From NCBI GenBank assembly GCA_051294375.1, contig CM119270.1, positions 15,228,847 through 15,292,846 of the forward strand: a stretch of DNA of 64,000 nt, read 5' to 3'. The notes beneath the pieces were generated by a model. The model saw only the letters and a list, made by a program, of their open reading frames with translations. It had not been told where the DNA came from and did no database searches. The stretch comes from Paraspadella gotoi. Lineage: Eukaryota; Animalia; Chaetognatha. The translations under genes and the position numbers were made by a program. Positions 53,990 to 64,000 of this stretch are shown in pieces; position 1 is the stretch's first letter; the number at the start of each line of letters is the position of its first letter.

Positions 53990-54240
53990 ATCCGCGTGGA
54001 GTGGATGTAAAGCTAGCATCATTGCACGGGTCCTTGTCACCTGCAAAGCGTGGTGTGGGAGGCCTTGCGCTTACTTGGCTTGTTGAGGTATGCCGTTGCG
54101 GAGTAGACGAAAAACCCCGGTCCCACTCAGCGTTGAGCTCTATAACTGCCGTCTGCACATGTAGACGAAAAAACTCCTGCTCAGCGTTGAGCCTCATAAC
54201 TGGCGTCCTTGGCGACGTAAAAACAGGAAAACCCCGTTAA
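53990..54240 (+). mobile_element. Possible SINE-derived or structured element with an internal ~58-bp duplication
   Basis: GTAGACGAAAAAC...CTCAGCGTTGAGC...ATAACTG.CGTC at 54103 and 54161; composition unlike the flanks. No clear pol III A/B boxes seen. Confidence 0.3.
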
Positions 54241-54311
54241 AGGAATTACCATGAAATAATATGGAATTCGCACATAGCGTCGACTTTTTTTTTGCGCACT
54301 TATCTCTCTCT

Positions 54312-54994
54312 TAAATAAATAAATAAATAAATAAATTAATTAATTAATTTTCTACGTTTGTTTTCTCCCTTCGTTTTCAGGGACTTTCGTTTCTGTTTTT
54401 TTTTTTCGTGGAGGATTTCGTTTTTGGTTTTTTTTTTTGGCGGGAGAACTTTTTTTTGTTTTGTTTTTTTTTAAGTTGCGGTAAACTCGTCGTCGTCGTC
54501 GTCGTCTCTGTTCGAATCATTTGAGCTCCCAAAACGTCTCCAGCTGCCGAAATACGAGAAAGAGAAAGAAAAAAAAGGAAAAGTAAGGAGAAAAGAAAAA
54601 GGAAAATAGTTCATTGAAGGATGTTGAGTGAAAGAGAGGGAAGGAGATGCAGGAGATGCAAGGAGCTGCAGGAAATGCGAAAGAAAAAGATTAATAGACT
54701 GGTAGCTTAGAAAAAATAAAACAAAGAAAGCGAAATAAAGAGGGAAAGAAAAGATCAATAAGAAACAAAATATCCGCTTACCTTTTCCAAACCGAAATAG
54801 CGACGGTTTTGACATCATAAACTCTTCCCTACCAAATAAACCTCACCCGAATCTAACTCACCCTCACGAATTCGATTAAGTTCAACTCTATTCACTCTTT
54901 TCTTTCCTTCTCGTCTCATCTCCGTCGGAAACTCGTTATTTCAATTTGTTCTCCACTTAACTCGAAAATTCCACTCAACTTCGCTCTATGGTCA

Positions 54995-55089
<95 letters not shown>

Positions 55090-55445
55090 TTCTTCCAACG
55101 CACTTTCCCGCCACCTTTAACCCTTCAAGACCCGAATATGTCCATTTTTCTCAATCCTCTTTCGCTCTTTCGCTCAAGCGAAACGGGCGAGGCGCGGCCG
55201 GTTCGGGCGCGGCCGGTTCGGGCGAGGCCGGTGCGGGCACAGTCGGTCGGGCACTCTCGATAGGACGCCAGAGTAAAATTCTCCGGAAGCAAATCTTTCA
55301 CCAAAACACCTCAATTCTGAACCTTGCAAAGCCCAGGTGAAAGTTAGCATTCATATATTTTTTTAAAAAATTCTTAACTTCCTATACTTCGTCTCAGATT
55401 CTGTTTAAAAACCCTTTTGCAAAACCAATGACTTTATGAGAGAAC
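54312..55445. repeat. Direct repeat copy 2 (~1.13 kb)
   Basis: Near-identical to 52340-53523; differs by a ~23-nt indel in the (cgt)n tract, a cleaner (AG)n run and scattered 1-nt indels. Confidence 0.92.
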
Positions 55446-55843
55446 CGACAACAAAAGGATTTCACACTCTCCCTTTCTTCCTTCGAACTTCCTACTTTCC
55501 CATTCGCGCACCATCGACCCCATCTCCCCTTTCCTTTCACCAGCATCATCATCATCAGCATCATCATCATTTTTCTCTCTTTCCTCCTTCATCTCTCCAG
55601 TGAGACTCCGCTCTTTCCCCTTACGCCCCTTCGTCACCCCTCTCCAACCCCCCCTCCACTTCCGGCGTCCCCACCGCGGCCGGCCGAATTCCCCGCCGGC
55701 CGCGACTCAACCCGTCGCCCTTATTTACGGCCAAACTTCCATTTCATTGAGAAAGGTTTAGGGCTCTCTCCGTGGTTAGACAAACGGTCGAACCCACTCT
55801 CTCTCTCTCTTCTTTCTCTCTCTCTCTTCTCTCTTCTCTCTCG

Positions 55844-55952
<109 letters not shown>

Positions 55953-56344
55953 CTCTCTCGCTCTCTCTCTCTCTCGTTTTCTCTTTCTTTCTTCTTTCGC
56001 TCCCCGTCGCGTGGAGAGGGAGTGACGGATTTGGAGATTTTCCCGCCAGAGTCCCCTTCTCTATTTGTCTCTCGAAGTTTTAAAGATGTTTTCATCGTCG
56101 GAGTAGAAAAGAAAAAAAAAGACAAATATCTTTTGGAAAAGTTTGAAATAAAAAAATGAGAAAATCCCGCGAGAGGTCGCAGGTTGTGCGAAATGAAAAA
56201 GGAAGCTGAGCGATCCGTTTATTGTTAAAGATATTGGTGATTGCTAATTAGTGATTACTGATACAACGAGTGAAATGAATAAATGTCACTTGATTAAAAA
56301 AGAACTAAAAATCATGAAAAGCTTGAGAAAAAAAAAATCAAAAT

Positions 56345-56985
56345 CATACTTTTACAATTTATTAAACGCGTCACCACGGTATATTTAGAACCAAAATAAT
56401 TTTTTGAATAAAAAAAAAATTGATTCCAGATTGACGGCTTCTTTCATCGAAATTTACGAGTCTCAGATTCTCTCGCTTGACGTTTACGACCGCAACTTTT
56501 TCTCTTTTTTGCTATAAATTATACTATACTATACTATACTATAAATTAAAAATTAACTAAAGATTGGGAAAGAAACTTTCCTCACCCACTTAAGTCGACA
56601 AAGAAACGGAGTCATTTTGTCGGCCTCTCTTTGATCTTTTCTTTCCACTTTGTTTTGTTTTTTTTTGGAGAAAATAAAGATTTCGATGACCAGATTCATA
56701 ATTTTACAATTTATTAAACGCGTCACTACTGTATATATTTAGAACCAAAATAGTTTTTTTAATAAAAAAACAATTGGTTCCAGATTGTCGGGTTCTTTCA
56801 TCCAATTTTACGAGTCTCAAATTGTCTTGCTTGACGTTTACGACTGCAACTTTTTCTCTTTTTTGCTACATGCAACAAATTAAAAATTAAACAAAGAAAA
56901 GAACATTTCCTCACCCAATGAAGTCGACAAAGAAATGGAGGCATTTTGTCGGCCTCGTCTTTGATCTTTTCTTTCCACTTTTTTT
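56345..56985. repeat. Diverged tandem duplication, period ~350 bp
   Basis: 56345-56651 vs 56697-56981 are collinear (ttttacaatttattaaacgcgtcac ... ttgatcttttctttccacttt). Differences are mainly substitutions plus a (tatac)n expansion in copy 1. Confidence 0.88.
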
Positions 56986-57475
56986 TAAAATCCATTCTAT
57001 TTTTTTAAAATGAAAAAACAGCTGGAAATCGAGTGAAGTTGGCACCTGTACTGAAGCAATCATTGCACAACAACATCAAAAAAAGAAAGTTTAGAAGTTT
57101 AGAATTGACAATTCATCTTATAAAAAAAAAATTCCAAAACATTGTTTTGGAAAACAAAAACAAAACGTTAGGAAAAACAAAATCTCCACGTTCTTTTGAC
57201 CTTTTTCCCCCCATGAACTTAACGATAAATTATCGGCTCCCGCCAAGTGTTGGCCTTTCCCGATCGGCTGCGACTTTTCGGGTCTCTTTCCGAAATCGGC
57301 TCAATTCTCTCGCGACGAAATTTTGTGCGAAACATAAAAAAACAAACAAAAACCGAATATCAAAGTTGAGCGGAATAAAAGATTAGTAGAGGCTGAGAGC
57401 CACGCCCCCTTTGTGAATCGGCCGGCGCCAGAGAGAGAGAGAGAGAGAGAGAGAAGAAGAGAGTAGAAAGAATGA

Positions 57476-57559
<84 letters not shown>

Positions 57560-58808
57560 CATTGATCGGCGCCAATCTTCCGTGGCGTTCGGGGTCACGT
57601 GATCCATTTTTTCTTCTCAATCGATTCTGTTTTGACCCGAAATTCGACCTCGCGACGCCCATCATCTCCAACGCGACACGCCCACCAAGACCAAGGGGGT
57701 TTCGTCGTCGTCGTCGTCGTCGTCGTCGCCTTCGTTGTCCTCGTTGTCGTCGTCTTAGTTGTCGTCGCTGTCATTTTTGTCGTCATCGTTGTTATCGTCG
57801 ATTCGTCGTCATTGTTGTCGTTATTCCCATCGTCTTAGACCTTGCCATCGTTTCATTAGTCATTGAATCACATAAGGATCTCAAGTATGGTATATCGTTA
57901 ATTTTTACTGACTAAACAATACTACAATTCACGGACGGCAGTACGAAAGTACCGAAAATGCATTGAATATTTTTTAAAACGAAAGAAACGTTATAATTGT
58001 TGTATAATATAATTCCTTTGTTAAATAAAAATCGGAAAAATATAGACTTTTTCCGCTTTTAATCTTCCCCTAAAAAAATAACTTTCCTCTTCGACTCGCA
58101 AAAGATAATTTTAATTGAAAAGAGAAAAACAGAAGCGACGAAAAGATAAATAATTCGATTTCATTTTTTCTTCTTTTTTCCTCTTTTCTTCTTTTTTCCA
58201 ATAACAGAGTTAAGGGGATTAAATCCACCAAGACGCAATTAAAATTAAAGGAGAGACCGGAGTTTTTTTTTCTTTTTTTTGAATCTTTTATCTGCGTCTC
58301 GCAGTCGTTATCTGCGCCGAAATAATAATGGAGGGAAACCAAGGAGGTGAAAAAAAGGGAAAGGGAGGAAGGGAAGGAAGAAAGGAAAAGAAAAAGAGAG
58401 GGAAGGAGGTGAATAAAAGGAAAGGGAGGAAGGGAAAGAGAAAAAGAAAAAGGAAGAGAAGGTGGTGAATAAAAGGAAAGGGAGGAAGGGAAGGAGGAAT
58501 AGGGAAAAGGAGGGAAGGTTCGGTTTAGGATGAATAAAGGAAAAGAATGTGGGAATAAAGGATGAACGAGGAAAGGATAAACAAAAGGTAAATAAATATT
58601 TGCTAAATAAACTACCGGGTTATTTTAGCTATATTTTTGATCATTTATTTATTCTAGTGTTTTTCTATTCTCTATTTTTATTCATTTTTTTTATTCCTTT
58701 ATTCGTCTCCAAAGAATTATCAGTCGCTCTGAATGCAAAGCTTTTTTTTGTTAATTTCGAAATTCAATTTTCTTCTCATTTTCTCCGAAGTTTATCCGGG
58801 GAGACGTC

Positions 58809-58947
<139 letters not shown>

Positions 58948-60087
58948 CTCTCTCTCAAATGGAGCCCGTGGGTCCCTCCGTCGAAAGATTCGCGAAATAT
59001 CGCAGATAAAAAATTAAATATGCAACAGTTTGCGACACTCGTCTTTGTAGAGCGAAGATGTCGACGACAGAGTCGACGACAACGACGACGACGACGTAGA
59101 CGACAACTGTTAGAAATACGTTCGTTTAATTAACCATCAGCAGTTATATCGTATTTTTGTCTCTTTTTCGCTTAAGTGTGAATAGTTGCAAACTTAATTC
59201 ACAAATGCTTTATCACCGTTTGCGACTGACGGATGGACCGAGGGATCGACACCGAATAGATAGACAGACCTACCGACGGATCGACTCATCCGGCCTCAAT
59301 GCCCGACCCCTCGCTGAAATAAAAAAATTCTACCACCTGACCGACAAATCTTTCGCCGACAAAGACGACAACGTCGGTGATCAATCTCTCGCGATCCTTC
59401 ATTGCCTCTCTCCCCCCGGGTTATTCTATTCCGATCTGTACTTTCCTATGACCTCACCTCCTCCTCCTTCTCCTCCTCCTCCTCTCCTAATCTTCCTCCC
59501 CTTCCTCTTCCTCCCCCCCCCCTAAAAACGATCTCTACACTGAAGCCGCCGACGTCATCGACGCCGAAGATAATAATTATTAATCGGAGGAAAAAGGAGG
59601 AAAGAAAGAGGAAAGAAAGAGGAAAGAAAGAAATGGAGGAAAAGAGGAAAATCCTCTTCAATCGAGAAGAAGGATCAGGACTAGTCGTTGTTGTTGTTGT
59701 CGTTGTGTTCCTTTCCTTTTAAACGATAGGCGCATATTTAAGTTTTTTAATGATTAACTATTAATATCCCTCTATATTTAAATTTGTATAGAATATAGAA
59801 AATCTAAAATTTCAACTGCCTCCAACTTTAGGATTCTCAGGGCGCCGAGTTTAGGTAAAACCATTAGTAACCGAAATATAAATCAAGGCAAGGCTAATTG
59901 GCTCAGCGAATCGGCAAGGCGAATTAGATATGGCAACCGGCATGGGCCGAGCATGGCGAATAGCCATGGCGATGGGCTTTGGACATCGGAAGGGATTGAC
60001 GATCTCCTTCGTCACTGTCACACAACAATATCCTCTGCTTCGAAATGGAAACGCCGATTATCTGCCGCTTCCATCGCCGGTTCCATG

Positions 60088-60123
<36 letters not shown>

Positions 60124-60479
60124 TCATTTATTTTCCTTGTTTGTTTTCGTTCCTTTCACTGCGTCCTTTCCTTTCTCTCCCTTTCTCTCTCTTTCGTCTC
60201 CCTCTCCCTTCCCATTCATCAATTAGTTTTCTTTCTTCCTCATCGAAATCTCTCCTCTTCTCTTTTCGGTTCATTCTTTTACTTCTCTACCCTCACCTTC
60301 TTCTTTTCTTTCCTCCATTTGTTATATTGATTGTGTAGTATTTACTTTTCTAGCCATTGTGCACCTTTCACTGTGTTTCTTCTACCTATCTATTTCCCTT
60401 TCGCTTTCTCTTCTCCACCTTAGTTTTTCTCCTCTCTTCCCTCATTTAATAATTATCCTTTATTTTCTTCCCCCGCAAA

Positions 60480-60915
60480 TTTTCCTCCCTCTCCCTTCTC
60501 CCTCTCTCTTTCCTCTTCACCTTCCTCCCTTCCTCCTTCCTCCCCTTCTCCCCTCTTCTTTTCCTCTTCTCCTTCCTCCCTTCTCCCTCTCTCTTTTCCT
60601 CTTCTCCTTCCTCCCTTCCTCCTTCCTCCCCTTCTCCCTTTCTTCTTTCCTCTTCTCTTCCTCCCTTCCTTCCTTCCTTCTCCTTCTCCCTCTCTCTTTT
60701 CCTCTCTCCTTCTTCCCTTCCTCCTCCTCCCCTTCTCCTTCTCTCTTTCTCTTCTTCTTCCTCCCTTCCTCCTTCCTCCCCTCCCTCTCTTCATCCGCCA
60801 CCTCATTTGATGAAATCCGATTGACGGGCAAAAAGAAAAAAAGACTCGGTTCCTCCCTTCCTTCGCCTCCCTCCCTTTTTCCTTTTTTTTCCTTTCCTCC
60901 TTTCCTCCCTTTTCT
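60480..60915. repeat. Long polypyrimidine low-complexity tract
   Basis: Almost pure C/T over ~310 nt (60480-60792) and again at ~60850-60915; comparable skewed tracts at ~44610-45165, ~49130-49490 and ~58340-58520. Confidence 0.85.
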
Positions 60916-61776
60916 CTGGCGGCGACCGACGGGAGATGATGGATGCGTCCCCAGGACGACGGCTTAATGAGGCCCATGAAAAAAGACTCGGCTTTGACCG
61001 TGGCGAAGGAAGGGGTCTGTCGGTTGGGGTAGGGGGCTGGTGGGTAAGGGTCATGGCCGAGGGGAGGGAAGGTGGGCGTTTCGCAGTTCACAGACTGACC
61101 GAAGATAAGGGGTTGGGCAGGGCGGAACTGAGCAGTGAATTAAGAGGCGGGTCGCGACCGTTGAATATAACCTTTAGAAATTTAGAGGGTTGGGGCTGTG
61201 GGGATAAGTGAGCGGATGTGGTTGGGGGAAGATTGAAAGTCGGGTAAAGATTTGCTCGCAAGGAAGATTAAAGTAGCCCTGTCGAATTTGCAGAAATCAA
61301 GAAGACATTAAAAGATAGGATAGGTCCATTGAGATGTGGTTAGGAGTAACCATGAATAGAATAAAAAACAAAGCGAGAAAACAAATGTGAAAATGTGAAA
61401 ATTTGAAAATGTGAAATGAAGTAAAAAAAAAAAACGTAACATAGGAGGTTGAAAAAGTTTTAGAGTTTTTTTTTCCTAAAACGTAAGCAGGAACTGGGAA
61501 TTACCTAATTCAGGTTAACGTTTCAGACTTAATTGAAATTTCAAAACTTACGCTGTCATATGTATTTTTTAGTACATTTCCCTCTCTTTAATTCAACTAT
61601 TGATCCTCCCTTATATACTTCCTCCCTTCCTACATCCAACTTCTCTATTACTTTCCTCCCATCTCCTCCTACCTTTCTACCTCCCTCTCTTTCTTCTCTT
61701 AGAGTTTCCTCCGTCGTGTCAACCGTTTTCCTGAGTTGACCTCTCAGTCGGGGAGGAGGAAATCAAAAAATCAAAA

Positions 61777-61857
<81 letters not shown>

Positions 61858-62208
61858 TTCCCAAGAAATTTTTTATCCGTCGTAACTGAAATAGAAGCGA
61901 CGTCGGTGGCCTTAAGCTGAGAAGACGCCGATCCAGGGGTGTTGGCTTCGCCAGTGAGTATAAAATACAAAAGAAAAATTCTGTAACCTGAATATTGCGG
62001 GAGAATCGTTACAAAATCGGTACCATTTAGTATCTGTGAAGTAAAACAAAAAGATACGACGAAATTTTCTCATTAAATTTTGATATCGAAAAAGAAAAGA
62101 AGTTGTTTGGAGGAGGTTTTACGATGGAAGGAGGAAAGGAAAGGATGGAACTTTGAGAGATAGTGGCAATATTTACCTTCGAACCCGTTTTTATTGTCTG
62201 CTGCTCTC

Positions 62209-62268
<60 letters not shown>

Positions 62269-64000
62269 GGGAAGAGAGATACCATTTCCTGTTAAAATTT
62301 CGACTTCGTCCGCCGGTCCGTTTGCAACTCGGCCGCTTATTTTTGTATGGCGTCTTTACAATCGAAGCGAGAGAAAAATTGTAAAAACGACAAAGGATGT
62401 AAAAGTCGAGAATTCGGTTGGTAGGGATGCTGAGGGGGGGAGGTGGCGTGTAGGGTGGGTTGAGACGTGTGGGTGGGAGTGAGGATCGGTTTTGGAAGAA
62501 AGAAAGAAACCCAAGAGTTACTACAAGAATATAAGATAGAATTTTAAATATATAATATTTCTGGATCACAATTTAAATCCATTGTAACATCGCTTAACTT
62601 AAGTTTTGTTTGGGTCAACTGCCTGAACAACTGAAGATAATTCTGATGAAAATATTACATTATAACAAAATACCACTTCACAAATTAAGATTCGTGTCAA
62701 AGGAAGAAGAAAAAGCAAAGATAGAAAAGGAAAATAAAATAATGTATAAATGGTAAAACGGACGCAAAAATACATAATCGTACTAGTTAAAAAAACTTCA
62801 AATGGAGAAAGAGCAACCGAAAATGGAAAGAAACAAAAAAACAGAAGAACAAGAAGAAGAAGAAAAGAAAAGGGAGATAAGAAGATGACATTTAACCGCC
62901 GCCACTGACAGAATCCTCGGCGATAAACGATTGTAAAAAAGTCGCTTCTGATTTATGGATTTCGCTATGAATAAACGGAGAACGGGACCGAGTGGAGGAA
63001 GCGCGGGGCGCTCCTATGGAACGGAGGCGCTCGGACGGAGAAAAAGGAGATTTTCTTCCCGCGACTCAAACTATAAAAATAAAGTTGGAAGCGTAAAGAT
63101 TAAAATGAATATCCCGTTTTTATGGACATCAAATTTTTTGATATTTGGCGTCTTTGGGAGACGGAAAAAGGTTGTGAAAAAAAATATATTAAAAAAAATA
63201 TTTTAACGGTTACAGACAATCAGGAACCTTTTTAAATGCTGGTCTTTTTCCCGCTCGTGATACTTCATTCCTTCAAATCGAATACTTAATAAAATACCCA
63301 GGTATTTCGGCATTTTTATAGCAAGCCATCTCACGGTTCTAGCGCACGCGGTTTTACCGCAACTCGTCATTGTGAGATGCAATATTTTCGAACGAACTCG
63401 AAAATTCAATTCTGAGAAATACTTTCAAAATCGAAGTCGTTTCAGCCACAACGGATTTTCTTTGAAAAAGAAAATGGCTGTCGTCAACTTTGAAATAGTG
63501 TGTCCTCGAGGAAAAGAAAAAGATAATCGACAGTAATTTTTACTTCGAAAACGGAACTGATAAAAAAATAAATAAAAAAAATAAATAAAAGAAAGAAAAA
63601 ATTCCATATTCGCAAAATTTTTCCTTATTTTCTTTTATTACGGTTTTCTATTTTTCCCAATTTTGTTTATACTACGCATTATTTTTTTTTAACCTACAAC
63701 AAATTACAAAGTTCAATTATGTCATACAGTCCTACAAAGGATTAGATCAGCCGGAAAACTGAACGACTGGGGCGAAAGAAATTAAGAAATAACGTGATTT
63801 CCGGATGTCATTTACGCACGATTCACGAAACCCGGGATCATATTTTATTTTACAAGTTATTTTTAGAAGAAAAAAAAAAATTCATCATTTTACCTTTTTC
63901 TTTTTTCAATTCTTTCTTCTTTTTTCCAATTTCCAAATCTATTCCAGTTATTTTTCGCTTTTCCGACGAAATTTCTTTTTCGCTGTCATTTTCCCGCCAT

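Overview
Eukaryotic (most likely invertebrate animal) draft-assembly DNA: AT-rich, full of (AG)n/(CT)n and (GAC)n/(GAT)n microsatellites, with many N gaps. The only convincing coding content is on the minus strand between ~3.1 and ~15.5 kb. Unit A has a 3.15-kb terminal exon with 10 dispersed C2H2 zinc fingers and several PxDLS-type motifs, plus an upstream exon that supplies an 11th, intron-split finger but carries apparent 1-nt deletions. Unit B is a 5-6 exon C2H2 gene (473 or 506 aa) with mostly ~80-nt introns and a long spliced leader. Seven fingers across A and B share an unusual W(-1)/N(+3)/R(+6) helix signature, and A and B could be one gene. 18.3-24.2 kb is an indel-riddled second copy of 12.6-18.2 kb, probably an assembly artefact. 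The rest (24-64 kb) is essentially non-coding: minisatellites, a 1.09-kb foldback element with Kolobok-like ends, a 1.1-kb direct repeat around a SINE-like structured segment, a triple-CCAAT promoter-like module and a candidate recursive splice site. No tRNA, rRNA or CRISPR array was found. All gene models were built by eye and need transcript support.
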